Assembly (NCBI GenBank): GCA_964649615.1
Contig: CAZYPW010000008.1
Span: forward strand, 574-64,573
Direction of reading: 5' to 3'
From: an uncultured Gammaproteobacteria bacterium
GTDB lineage: Bacteria; Patescibacteriota; Microgenomatia; Daviesbacterales; UBA10151
Length of the DNA: 64,000 nt
Part shown: piece after piece, positions 38,385-48,136 of the stretch
How positions within the stretch are numbered: the first letter of the stretch is position 1
How the letters are laid out: every line of letters starts with the position of its first letter
Made by a program: the position numbers and the translations under genes
Notes under the pieces: generated by a model
What the model saw: the letters and a program-made list of their open reading frames with translations, nothing else
Told to the model about the DNA's origin: nothing
The model's database searches: none

Positions 38385-39506
38385 TTATAACTGAATTATT
38401 TCTTTGGGGGAAGTAGTCAGTTGTCTTAAAGCTGTCTTTTCCAAAACAAATAAATCCTCAATTCTAACTCCGCCAAAATCCGGGATATAAATTCCTGGTT
38501 CAATTGAAAAAACCATCCCCTCTTTTAAAATATCTTTACTTTTTGGTGACAAAGATGGGTGTTCGTGCACTTTAAGTCCAATTCCATGACCCAGGGAATG
38601 TGGAATGGTCGGGAAACCATGAGATGTGATGTATTTTCTTGCTGTCTTATCCACCTCTTTGGCCTTGATCTTCTGCCCGCTTTCTGTTGCTGCCTTGATA
38701 AATTCCACTGCCTTTTGTTGAGCTTCTAAAACAATACTGTAAACTTCTTTGTGTTTATCAGAAGGTTTTCCAAAAAATACAGTCCTTGTCATATCCGAAC
38801 AATAATTCTCAAACTTTACTCCGAAGTCAACAAGGATAAATAATCCTTGTTGTCCTGAGCGACCGGAGGGAGTCGAAGGACCCAGTTTTGTATTTCCAGT
38901 TTGATGATGGGGAACTGAGGAATTTTTTCCAAACGCCACAATTGTAGGGAAAGCGATTTCTGCTTCCTGCTTTTTAATAAAATTTTCCAGCTCCTCTGCT
39001 ATTTCTTTTTCAGTTACCCCAACTTTGATTTTCTTTAAAATATATTCAAAAGCTTGATCGCCAATTTTGCATGCTTTTTCTATTTTGCTTAACTCATCAT
39101 CTGTCTTTATAGATCTTAAATTATCTACACTAAAATGTTTTATATTTTTAAAATGCTTTTTAAAAAATTTTCCCTCCAAAACAGTTAAATTATCTTCCTC
39201 AATCCCCAATTTTTTGATCTCTTTTTTATGTTTTTTTAAAAGATCCTCTGTTGATTTTCCCTGCCCTCTTTGGAAAAGCTCTAAATGAGGCACTTCTTTT
39301 TTTATAGCTTCTGAATATCTGCCGTCTGTAATAATGTACCCAAAATTTTCTCCCAAAAAAATATATGCCTCTCTTTCATCCTTGGAAAAATTTGAATACC
39401 CTGTCAGATACTCAATATTTGAAACTGAAGAAACAAAAACAGCATCAAGCTTTTCAGTTTTAATATCTTCTCGTAACTTCTGGATTCTTTTTATATACAT
39501 ATTCAA
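38385..39506 (-). CDS. pepP: M24-family Xaa-Pro aminopeptidase/dipeptidase
   Basis: The metal-binding motifs read ...DMTRTVFFG...HSLGHGIGLKVHE...EPGIYIPDFGGVRIED. Confidence 0.8.
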   Translation of the reverse strand: MNMYIKRIQKLREDIKTEKLDAVFVSSVSNIEYLTGYSNFSKDEREAYIFLGENFGYIITDGRYSEAIKKEVPHLELFQRGQGKSTEDLLKKHKKEIKKLGIEEDNLTVLEGKFFKKHFKNIKHFSVDNLRSIKTDDELSKIEKACKIGDQAFEYILKKIKVGVTEKEIAEELENFIKKQEAEIAFPTIVAFGKNSSVPHHQTGNTKLGPSTPSGRSGQQGLFILVDFGVKFENYCSDMTRTVFFGKPSDKHKEVYSIVLEAQQKAVEFIKAATESGQKIKAKEVDKTARKYITSHGFPTIPHSLGHGIGLKVHEHPSLSPKSKDILKEGMVFSIEPGIYIPDFGGVRIEDLFVLEKTALRQLTTSPKEIIQL

Positions 39507-42463
39507 AAACTCAAAGTTCGTAACTCACAATACTTACAATCTTTTTTCCCGCATGTCTGGTCCCAAAAAGTAAGGTTTATTATTTGATCACCCACTGACT
39601 TTATCAGCTTTTCCAGTTCTTTAACTTGACTTTCAGAAATGGAAAAAATTTCTGATTTGAATTTTCCTTTTTCATCCGGTTCTATAAAATCTATCACACC
39701 CTCATTCATTTTGAACAATCCGTTTTTATACCGATCCAGCAGCAATTTATAAAATACCAGCTGTCTTAAGTAATTATATTTTTTATCATCTTTTGAACCG
39801 TCAATTTGAGATCTGGATCTTGGCTTTCCGGTTTTAAAATCATGCACCGATACGATATTGCCTCTGATAACCTCAATCATATCCAGCCGGCCATTTAATA
39901 TCAGATTATTGGAAAATTTAACACCCTTAATTTGCATTTCGCTTTGCAAATCTTTAGGCCAAGTCGGAATAATCTGATGGAAATAATTAATCAGCACTTT
40001 TTTGCCTTTTTCCACAAGCTCTTTGTAGTCTGTCTCTGATAAAGCGCTTTTATCCAAAACTTCCAGATATTTATCAATCAATATTTTCTCATTTATTTTT
40101 TTATAATGCCTGGCCTTTATAAAATAATCCAGAGCATTATGTATTGCTGTTCCGAAAATTAGAAATTTATTTTTGACATCAGGGAGAGATACCAAGTTTA
40201 TAAAAAAATATTTCCAGGGACATTCAAGAAAATTTCCCAAACCGGTAACAGATAAACCTTTCTCCAAAAATAAACTCTGTAGATATTTTTTATTTTTGGC
40301 ACTGATTTTTATTGGCTTACTGTTTGCAAATAAATCTTTTTTGTCAAAACTTTTTTCAAACTTAACAGTATCAATATACTCAACAAATTGATCATTGATT
40401 TCCTGTAAAAACTGACTGGGTAATTGTTCCCTTCCCTCAATTGAAACAGCAGGATAAGTTAAATAAATATTTTTTTTTGCTCTGGTTAACCCAACATACA
40501 AAAGCCTTCTTTCATCCTCCAGTTTTTCAAATTCAACCTCTGTTTTAACATTTTCTCCTAAAAATTTCCAGGGAATAGCAATTTTTGCATCTTTCTTCCT
40601 GCTGCCCCAACGGCTGTCAAAAAAATTGATAATAAAAACCGTTTCAAATTCCAATCCTTTCGATTTATGAACAGTCATAAGCCTGACTCCTTCATCCAGA
40701 GTTTTTTGATCTTTGGTGGAAATTGTTACCTTATGTTTTTTTGAAGTTTCCAAAAGATAAAGAAAATCAGATAAAGAAAACGCAGGATTTTTGTAAGTAT
40801 TCTGTTTTATCTGATTAAAAAGTGCGGTTAATTTATTTAAAACCTGATACCTGTCTGACTTTGATAAAATATCCTTCATCAACCCTGATTCATCAATTAT
40901 TTTTACAAATAAATCATCAAAAGGAATATTTACAGAAAGTGTAATCCAACCCTTATAGGTTTGTAGAAAAAGTTTAAATTTCTCATTTTTTTCTAGTGCG
41001 GAAATAAAACTAATCTTCTCTTTTTTGGCAAAATGAATTGTTTTATATAAATCAAAAGGGTCAAAGCCCAAAAAATCTATCTGCATTACCCTGGACAGAT
41101 AATACTCATCAAAAGGACTTGCCAGAGATTCCAGTATAAGGATTAATTTTTTTATCTGGTCAGATTCCAGCACATCGTCATCTGATGAAATAATAAACTT
41201 GATTCCCTTTTTGTTTAAAACCTCAACTAAAGGAAATAGATCGGCATTTCTTCTTGCTAAAACCGCGATCTCCGAAATATTGGCTCCCTTTTTAATCAGG
41301 TCTTTAATTTCTTCTCCAATATATTCATATTCCAAATTATAATCAGATAATTTGACTACTTTTATTCTGGAACCTGTTTTTTTATTATTAGATGTTAAAC
41401 GAACGGAAGGCAAAATATTGGCACTGATATTTTTTTCAATTAGTGATGTGGCTGCATCCAATATAGTTTGATATGACCGGTAATTTTTCTGCAAATTTAT
41501 CATTTTTGCCCTCTTATATAATTTTTTAAAAAACAAAAAATTCTCTAAAGATGCGCCCTGAAAACGGTATATTGCCTGACTGATATCTCCCACCACAAAT
41601 AAATTGGGATTATCATAGTAGGAAGAAATCAGTTCAACCAGTTTATTTTGGGCAGAATTTGTATCCTGGTGTTCATCTATCAAAATATATTGATACTTTT
41701 CTTGAAGACGTAAAAGGAGATCTTTTTCTTTCTGCAAAACCTTCACCGCTTCAATCAGCATATCGCTAAAATCATATTTCTTCTCATCAATCAAAGTTTG
41801 CTGGTATAGAGTAAATATCTTTAAAAATTCGCGGCATTTCTCAATATCTTTTTTTAAATCAATATATTTGCCTTTCATCTCCCCTTTATATTTACCTTTT
41901 TCATGATATAAATCGGGAGCAGAGACAAACTCCTCCTGCCATTTGTTGATAGCTTCTTCTAATCTTTTGTGACTGATCCCTTCCTTTTTTAAATTGTTAA
42001 TTGAGGATAAAATATCGCGGATGTAATAGAGAGAATCTCCAAAGGGGCGCAGAATTTTAAAATCATCTTTTTCCAGTAACCTTTCCAAAATCTCCAGTTG
42101 TTCAATCTCTGTAATTGACTCTGCTGACAAAAGATAGGGGAATTCATCAGGATAATTTTTAATAATGTCATTAGCAAAAGAATGAAATGTTGAAATCTCA
42201 ACCCGAAATGCAGGCGTTCCGATAATTTCGGCAAGCCTTTTTCTCATCTCATATGCTGCCGATTCGGAAAATGTTAAAGCAAGAATATTTTCAGGGTTGA
42301 CTTGTGTCTTAAGTAAAATATTTGCAATCCTAACAGTCAAGATTTGGGTTTTACCTGTACCAGGACCGGCAAGCACCATCACAGGGCCCTCAATTTCATC
42401 AACTGCTTCTTTCTGCTGAGGATTTAAATTTTTGTATGCAAGTTTAAATTCATTTGTTATCAT
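39503..42463 (-). CDS. UvrD/PcrA-type SF1 helicase fused to a C-terminal Cas4/AddB-type Fe-S RecB-family nuclease
   Basis: The helicase has Walker A AGPGTGKTQ, DEHQDTN and VGLTRAK. The nuclease has GRLDMIEV, VHDFKTGK, QLVFY (QxxxY) and a 1+3 cysteine set (CPWKYF ... CGKKDCKYC). It overlaps the DUF2130-like gene by 14 nt. Confidence 0.75.
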   Translation of the reverse strand: MITNEFKLAYKNLNPQQKEAVDEIEGPVMVLAGPGTGKTQILTVRIANILLKTQVNPENILALTFSESAAYEMRKRLAEIIGTPAFRVEISTFHSFANDIIKNYPDEFPYLLSAESITEIEQLEILERLLEKDDFKILRPFGDSLYYIRDILSSINNLKKEGISHKRLEEAINKWQEEFVSAPDLYHEKGKYKGEMKGKYIDLKKDIEKCREFLKIFTLYQQTLIDEKKYDFSDMLIEAVKVLQKEKDLLLRLQEKYQYILIDEHQDTNSAQNKLVELISSYYDNPNLFVVGDISQAIYRFQGASLENFLFFKKLYKRAKMINLQKNYRSYQTILDAATSLIEKNISANILPSVRLTSNNKKTGSRIKVVKLSDYNLEYEYIGEEIKDLIKKGANISEIAVLARRNADLFPLVEVLNKKGIKFIISSDDDVLESDQIKKLILILESLASPFDEYYLSRVMQIDFLGFDPFDLYKTIHFAKKEKISFISALEKNEKFKLFLQTYKGWITLSVNIPFDDLFVKIIDESGLMKDILSKSDRYQVLNKLTALFNQIKQNTYKNPAFSLSDFLYLLETSKKHKVTISTKDQKTLDEGVRLMTVHKSKGLEFETVFIINFFDSRWGSRKKDAKIAIPWKFLGENVKTEVEFEKLEDERRLLYVGLTRAKKNIYLTYPAVSIEGREQLPSQFLQEINDQFVEYIDTVKFEKSFDKKDLFANSKPIKISAKNKKYLQSLFLEKGLSVTGLGNFLECPWKYFFINLVSLPDVKNKFLIFGTAIHNALDYFIKARHYKKINEKILIDKYLEVLDKSALSETDYKELVEKGKKVLINYFHQIIPTWPKDLQSEMQIKGVKFSNNLILNGRLDMIEVIRGNIVSVHDFKTGKPRSRSQIDGSKDDKKYNYLRQLVFYKLLLDRYKNGLFKMNEGVIDFIEPDEKGKFKSEIFSISESQVKELEKLIKSVGDQIINLTFWDQTCGKKDCKYCELRTLSF

Positions 42464-43601
42464 CTGTCTTAGTTTCTAATAATAAAGTTTCTGCTTCTAA
42501 AGCTTTTATTTCAGGCAAAGAAGCTCCCATTAGACCCTGCAGATCTCCATACATCCCAACTGTATTATCAATTACTTTCTGAATCTGTTTTTCTCTTTTA
42601 GCCCAAACTCTTGTATAAAGCTGTTTTTCAGATTCTAAATCCCCTTTCATGCTACTGAAAGCTTCAATTATTGCTTCAAATCGCTGCCTGAATTCATTTC
42701 CGCAAAGATAGGAATATAAAATTTCCATTTTGCTGTTTTTATCGACAACCGAAAGTTTACTCTTGGCAAGTTCCAACAGACTATTTCTTATAAGTTTTGC
42801 TAAAGACAAAAAAGCATCAAAACTTGCAATATGTACACCATCTTTGGTATCAAAATTCTTTATTCCCTCAGGTAGAATGCTGGAAATAATTATTGCAACG
42901 TCTGCTTTCGAGGCTCTCTGATCATCTTTCAATTTCTGTATCCACCCTTCAGTCCAATTTTTAGTCCGTTTGCTCTCCCAGATAATAGCTCCGCAAATTC
43001 TTCCATTTGAATCTTGTACTCTTTGTATAACATCCGCCCCCACAATGCCCTTTGGAACAGGAATTATTTCATCTGAAGGGAATTCTTTTTTTAAAATCTC
43101 TTCCAGCTCAAGTTCCATAACTTCCCCCTGTAGCTGCTGTGAACCCAAAGAGGCTTTTCTTTGTGCTTCTTCAAGAGATTTTTTCATCGCTTCCATCTGA
43201 TTCTCGTATTCTTTTTCTTTCAAATGAAACTTTTCTGCAACTTCTGTTTCAGTTTTTTCCTGAATTTTTTTTCTTTCTTCGTCAATTTGTCTTTGCTTTT
43301 CCAACTCCAGATTTTTTTCTTTTTCTTCCAGTTCTTGAGTTTTCTTCCGCAGTCCCAGCTCATATTCTCTGGCTTTTTCCAACTCTTCCTGCTGTTTTTT
43401 TACCCTTTCTTCTAAAACTGATCTTTCTTTTAAATCCTGTTCTTTAATTCTCTCTTCCAGTTTTAATTTTTCGTTAATCCATTTTTTATTAAACTCATCC
43501 CTTAATGACTGCTTTATTTTATCCTCAAGCTGACCTTTAAGGGCCTCGTCAACAGATATTTCTTTTTTACAGTTCGGACAAATCAAGATAGCTGCGCTCA
43601 T
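42450..43601 (-). CDS. DUF2130-like protein: N-terminal Zn-ribbon, long K/E-rich coiled coil and a C-terminal domain with a D...ExK motif
   Basis: The N-terminus reads CPNCKKEI. About 130 aa of heptad-rich coiled coil follow. The C-terminal GADVIQRV...GAIIWESKRTK is compatible with a PD-(D/E)xK fold. The family assignment is from memory. Confidence 0.5.
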   Translation of the reverse strand: MSAAILICPNCKKEISVDEALKGQLEDKIKQSLRDEFNKKWINEKLKLEERIKEQDLKERSVLEERVKKQQEELEKAREYELGLRKKTQELEEKEKNLELEKQRQIDEERKKIQEKTETEVAEKFHLKEKEYENQMEAMKKSLEEAQRKASLGSQQLQGEVMELELEEILKKEFPSDEIIPVPKGIVGADVIQRVQDSNGRICGAIIWESKRTKNWTEGWIQKLKDDQRASKADVAIIISSILPEGIKNFDTKDGVHIASFDAFLSLAKLIRNSLLELAKSKLSVVDKNSKMEILYSYLCGNEFRQRFEAIIEAFSSMKGDLESEKQLYTRVWAKREKQIQKVIDNTVGMYGDLQGLMGASLPEIKALEAETLLLETKTDDNK

Positions 43602-43618
43602 AACGTGGGTATTTTACC

Positions 43619-44032
43619 ATGATCAAAATTGTTAAGATATATCCTATGGTTAAAATATTTATAAAAGTTTTACCTGCTTTAATTTCATGGGCAATTTTTA
43701 TCTTTGCAGTTTTATACATTCCTTATCCGGAAACTTTAACTCAAGCAACAATTTTCCAAATACTCGGATTTTTTATCCCCTTATTTTTAGCAATCACTTT
43801 AACTTTAAACATTTTTTTAAAAAATATCTTTATATCTTTTTCAATTTCTTTAGGAATAACTATGCTACTGCTTCTTAAAGCTTTAGGTTCCCTAAATTTG
43901 GTTACTGGGATTTTAACAATTATTTCTGTAGGGCTGCTTATTAGTTATTTTAGAAAAATAAAAAAGCATAAGTTGACTTTGGAATCAAAGATACCTAAAC
44001 TCAAATCTTTTTCTAGACAAAAATCTTCTTGA
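43619..44032 (+). CDS. Hypothetical polytopic membrane protein
   Basis: Four predicted TM helices and no recognisable motif. Confidence 0.3.
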   Translation: MIKIVKIYPMVKIFIKVLPALISWAIFIFAVLYIPYPETLTQATIFQILGFFIPLFLAITLTLNIFLKNIFISFSISLGITMLLLLKALGSLNLVTGILTIISVGLLISYFRKIKKHKLTLESKIPKLKSFSRQKSS

Positions 44033-44063
44033 CTTTCGTATTTTATTTGGGTAATATAAATCC

Positions 44064-45194
44064 ATGCCCCTTAGAATTAAAATAACTAGAGATTTGTTAA
44101 ATAAATTTTATTGGGATAAAGATTTATCTATATATCAAATTGCTCCCATTTTAAAATACCATCCAGCAACTGTGGCAAAAAAATTGCATGAATTTAACAT
44201 TACTATCAAAACACCTACTGAAAGAACTATACTCTCTAAAAATAATCTTAAAGATTTATATTTAAAAGAAGGGCTATCTACAAATCAAGTCGCTAAACAA
44301 CTAAAATGTAGTGTTAAAACTGTCAGAAGAGGAATGAGAATATACAATATTTCTCTTCGTCCTCTGAAAAGAATTACCATAGAAAAAAAGATATTGGAAA
44401 CTCTTTACTATAAAAGTAATCTCTCGTTACAAACCATCGGGAAAAGGTATAATCTGACGCCATCTGGTGTTCTAAGGAAAATGAGAAAATATAATATCCG
44501 CTTAAAAACTAGTTGGGAAAATAATACTATTCATCCCAAAATACCTTTTAATGGTTCTTCTGAGGAAAAAGCTTATCTTATCGGCTTTAGATTGGGGGAT
44601 TTAGGAGTAAAGCAGAAAAGTAAACGTACTGGTTCTATTGTAGTCAAGTCTAACACCACAAAACTTGAACAAGTTACTTTGATGAAAAATCTATTTTCTT
44701 GTTATTCCGCCGTTTGGATCAGTGGGCCCAATATCAAAGGAGTATTCCATTTTACAACACTTTTACATCCCTCATTTGATTTTTTAATTCCTAAGAATGA
44801 TTGTATACCAGATTGGATCAAAAACACCAAAAAGCTTTTTCTTGCTTTTATAGCTGGGTACACGGACGCAGAGGGTAATATCGGAGTGTACGGTGGAAGA
44901 GCTCGTTTTAGAATTGGATCATATGACATAGGTATCTTGAGAAGTATAAATGATTTCTTTGCAAAACTCGGCCTTAGAACTATCCTAAGATTAGAGCAAC
45001 CAAAAGGTTTCATTGATAAACGAGGTGTTATACATAACGGAGATTTTTGGCGTGTATGTATAAATGAAAAGAATTCCCTGTTAAAAATTTTTGATTTATT
45101 AATTGTTTACATGAAGCATCAAAAGAGAATAGCAGATTTGCTGAAAGCAAGAGTTAATATTCTACAAAGAAATCATGCTATAATCCAGGCATGA
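44064..45194 (+). CDS. Free-standing double-motif LAGLIDADG homing endonuclease with three N-terminal HTH repeats
   Basis: The LAGLIDADG-like motifs are KAYLIGFRLGDLG and FLAFIAGYTDAEGNIGV. There are three ~55-aa repeats (...LSxxQIAxxLKxSxxTVxRxxRxYNI). The stop overlaps the metG ATG as ATGA. Confidence 0.65.
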   Translation: MPLRIKITRDLLNKFYWDKDLSIYQIAPILKYHPATVAKKLHEFNITIKTPTERTILSKNNLKDLYLKEGLSTNQVAKQLKCSVKTVRRGMRIYNISLRPLKRITIEKKILETLYYKSNLSLQTIGKRYNLTPSGVLRKMRKYNIRLKTSWENNTIHPKIPFNGSSEEKAYLIGFRLGDLGVKQKSKRTGSIVVKSNTTKLEQVTLMKNLFSCYSAVWISGPNIKGVFHFTTLLHPSFDFLIPKNDCIPDWIKNTKKLFLAFIAGYTDAEGNIGVYGGRARFRIGSYDIGILRSINDFFAKLGLRTILRLEQPKGFIDKRGVIHNGDFWRVCINEKNSLLKIFDLLIVYMKHQKRIADLLKARVNILQRNHAIIQA

Positions 45195-46576
45195 AGAAGT
45201 ATTTTGTTACTACGCCTATTTATTACGTAAACGATGTCGCACACATTGGGCATGCTTATCCTACCGTAGCAGCCGATGTTATAACTCGTTACTGGAAATT
45301 AAAAGGATACGACGCTAGACTTCTAACAGGCACTGATGAACATGGAGCAAAAATTGCCGAAGCTGCCAAAAAACATGATGAAGAACCAAAACAATATGCT
45401 GATGAGATTTCTGAAAAATTTAAAGAGGCTTGGAAAAAACTAAATATTAATTATGCTAGATTTATTAGAACAACTGACGAAGATCATATAAAAATTGCCC
45501 AAGATTTCTTGCAAAAACTTTATGACAAAGGTGCAATAGATCCAAAACCAAGACTTTATAAAGGATTATATTGTATCGGTCACGAAAAGTTTATGTCTCC
45601 TGATGAATTAAAAGATGGGCTATGCCCAGATCATAAAACAAAACCTGTTGAGCATTCGGAGGAAAATTACTATTTTAAACTTAGTAACTATCAAGAAAAA
45701 TTAGAAAAATTAATTGGCTCTGACGAAATTAAAGTAAGACCGATCTCAAGAAAAAATGAGATACTAGGAAAAATAAAACAAGGATTAGAAGATATCTCAA
45801 TTTCTCGAGCCAACCTTGAGTGGGGAATTCCTCTACCTTTTGATCTTTCTCATACTGCTTATGTTTGGATAGAGGCTTTAATTAATTACTATACTTATGG
45901 ATCACAAAATAGAATTTGGCCTGCTGATTTACACTTAGTAGGAAGAGATATCGTTTGGTTTCACAGCATAATTTGGCCTGCTATGTTACTGGCCATTAAT
46001 GAACGGCTACCGAAGGAAATTTTTGGTCATGGATTTTTTACAATTGATGGACAAAAGATGTCAAAGACTATCGGAAATGTAATTCATCCAGATGATTTAG
46101 TTGAAAAATATGGAGTTGATGGTACCAGGTATGTTCTACTTGCGGCATTTCCTTTTGGGGAAGATGGTGATTTTTCCTGGGATTTATTTGATAGATTATA
46201 TAACGCAGATTTGGCCAATGGCTTAGGCAATTTAGTGGCCAGAGTGGCTAAGCTATGTGAACAAAATAATATTACTGCTACAGCGGGACCAGATGTCTGG
46301 TGCGCTGATTTGGAAAAATTTATGGGGGAGTTTAAATTTAATGAAGCAATTGCAGTTATTTGGACGCTGATAACTGAGGCCGACCAGAAAGTAAATTTGG
46401 AAAAACCCTGGGAGCTGGCGGGTGAAAAAGCCAAAGTAGTTTTGGAGGATTTGGTTAAAAGAATTCAGGCAATTGGTTTTAATTTGCAGCCATTTTTACC
46501 CCAAACTTCAGAAAAAATCTTAAAACAATTTTCCGGAGAAATTAAATCAGGTAAACCCTTGTTCCCCCGCATATGA
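45191..46576 (+). CDS. metG: Methionyl-tRNA synthetase (short form lacking the C-terminal tRNA-binding domain)
   Basis: The HIGH motif is HIGHAY and the KMSKS motif is KMSKT. The anticodon-binding helical domain is present. Confidence 0.9.
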   Translation: MKKYFVTTPIYYVNDVAHIGHAYPTVAADVITRYWKLKGYDARLLTGTDEHGAKIAEAAKKHDEEPKQYADEISEKFKEAWKKLNINYARFIRTTDEDHIKIAQDFLQKLYDKGAIDPKPRLYKGLYCIGHEKFMSPDELKDGLCPDHKTKPVEHSEENYYFKLSNYQEKLEKLIGSDEIKVRPISRKNEILGKIKQGLEDISISRANLEWGIPLPFDLSHTAYVWIEALINYYTYGSQNRIWPADLHLVGRDIVWFHSIIWPAMLLAINERLPKEIFGHGFFTIDGQKMSKTIGNVIHPDDLVEKYGVDGTRYVLLAAFPFGEDGDFSWDLFDRLYNADLANGLGNLVARVAKLCEQNNITATAGPDVWCADLEKFMGEFKFNEAIAVIWTLITEADQKVNLEKPWELAGEKAKVVLEDLVKRIQAIGFNLQPFLPQTSEKILKQFSGEIKSGKPLFPRI

Positions 46577-47178
46577 TCTTTGTCTCATCAATAAAACTAA
46601 ATGGGAATATGTCCATATATTATGGAGATCCCAAGAAAGCTTTAGAGAATAGGAAAAGGTTTTTTGGAAAATTAGGAATTAATATAAAGAATGTTGTTGA
46701 AGTTAAACAAGTTCATGGTAATAAAGTCCTTCTAGCAGAAGATATTTTAAATTCCACTGCAGAAGCTGATAGTCTCCTCACTAACAAACAAGGGTTCATT
46801 TTGATGATGAAGATTGCAGACTGTATGGCAATTGGTTTATATGATCCAAAGCATAATGCTATAGCTTTAATCCACGCTGGATTTAGAGGGCTAGATAATG
46901 GGATCATTAAAAATTCCATTGATAAAATGAGGAAAAAATATAAAACTAATCCCAAAGATTTAATTATTAAAATCAACCCATCTATTGGGCCGTGCCATTA
47001 CCGGATAGACTTATGGAAACAAGCCGAAGAACAACTTATAGATGCAGGTGTCTTAAAGAAAAATATTGATAACCCAAAAATCTGCACTTATGAATCATCA
47101 GATTATTTTTCTCACAGAAGGTCAGATGATACAAACACAACTGAGGGCAGGTTTGTTACAATATTCGGATTATGTTAA
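46573..47178 (+). CDS. pgeF: PgeF/YfiH-family (DUF152) purine-nucleoside phosphorylase/peptidoglycan editing factor
   Basis: QVHG, ADCMAIGLYDP, HAGFRG and ...CTYESSDYFSHRR motifs are present. Confidence 0.75.
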   Translation: MIFVSSIKLNGNMSIYYGDPKKALENRKRFFGKLGINIKNVVEVKQVHGNKVLLAEDILNSTAEADSLLTNKQGFILMMKIADCMAIGLYDPKHNAIALIHAGFRGLDNGIIKNSIDKMRKKYKTNPKDLIIKINPSIGPCHYRIDLWKQAEEQLIDAGVLKKNIDNPKICTYESSDYFSHRRSDDTNTTEGRFVTIFGLC

Positions 47179-48083
47179 TTGACACACATGCTCATCTTTA
47201 TTGGTCGGATTACAAACAAGATTTTGATCAGGTTATTCAGCGCTCAATTGACGCTGGCGTAACCACTATAATAAACGTCGGTGTTGATGTTGAAAAATCT
47301 AAGGAAGCCCTGCAACAAGTTCAGGGTAAACTAGCAAATATACCCGGTTTAGAAGCCTATTCCACCATCGGAATTCATCCCCATGAAGCTATAAAATACA
47401 CTCAATCCATACACTTATCATACGACCGTGATATAAATGTACAAAACAATATCAGTAAGGACGTCTCTGAATTGGAAAAAATCTATAATTTGAATCTCGA
47501 CAAAATAGTCGCTGTTGGAGAATGTGGTCTAGACTATTATTTTAGAGGATTAGATCCTTCGGTCGCTTCACTCCCTAAGGATGACAACAAGATTTTACAA
47601 AGACAGCTTTTTCAAGCTCAAATTGATCTGGCTAAGAAACTTAATCTTCCATTAATTGTGCACTGTCGGGATGACCGCTCTCAAAATCCGGAAAATTCTG
47701 AAGCTTGGGATGAAGTTTTAAAGATGGTTGAAGACCATCCGACTATTCTTCATTGTTACTCTGGCTTACCACCCACCACCAACCGTATCCTACAAACTAC
47801 CCACCTTATTGTTTCTTTTGCAGGAACTCTTACCTACCCTAAAAATGAATACTTAAGAGAAGCTGTGAAACTTCTACCCTTGGAAAAAATAGTTTTAGAA
47901 ACAGATTGTCCATTCCTTCCACCCCAATCCAAAAGAGGCACTAGAAATGAACCATCATCTGTTTTAGAAATTGCCCAACTTATTGCTGATATAAAAGGGG
48001 TATCTTTGAAAGAAGTATCAAACCAAACTACAATCAATGTCAAAAAAATTTTTAATATGGATCCTGAAACAAGTTCAGGATGA
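47172..48083 (+). CDS. tatD: TatD-family metal-dependent DNase/hydrolase
   Basis: IDTHAHL, ...GECGLDYYF and ...LETDCPFL motifs are present. The metG-tatD linkage is common in bacteria. Confidence 0.85.
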   Translation: MLIDTHAHLYWSDYKQDFDQVIQRSIDAGVTTIINVGVDVEKSKEALQQVQGKLANIPGLEAYSTIGIHPHEAIKYTQSIHLSYDRDINVQNNISKDVSELEKIYNLNLDKIVAVGECGLDYYFRGLDPSVASLPKDDNKILQRQLFQAQIDLAKKLNLPLIVHCRDDRSQNPENSEAWDEVLKMVEDHPTILHCYSGLPPTTNRILQTTHLIVSFAGTLTYPKNEYLREAVKLLPLEKIVLETDCPFLPPQSKRGTRNEPSSVLEIAQLIADIKGVSLKEVSNQTTINVKKIFNMDPETSSG

Positions 48084-48104
48084 CACTGTGTGTCATTTGC
48101 TTTC
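48079..48104 (+). terminator. Putative terminator hairpin after tatD
   Basis: atgacac-tgt-gtgtcat is followed by ttgctttct. The same hairpin motif recurs at 7090-7107. Confidence 0.4.
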
Positions 48105-48136
48105 TGAGGCTAAAATAAGTACACTTAAGAATACTC

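Noticed and set aside
43139-43447. Two overlapping plus-strand ORFs with F/L-rich translations
   Set aside because: They are antisense to the K/E-rich coiled-coil region of the DUF2130-like gene. A purine-rich coding strand gives a pyrimidine-rich shadow ORF.
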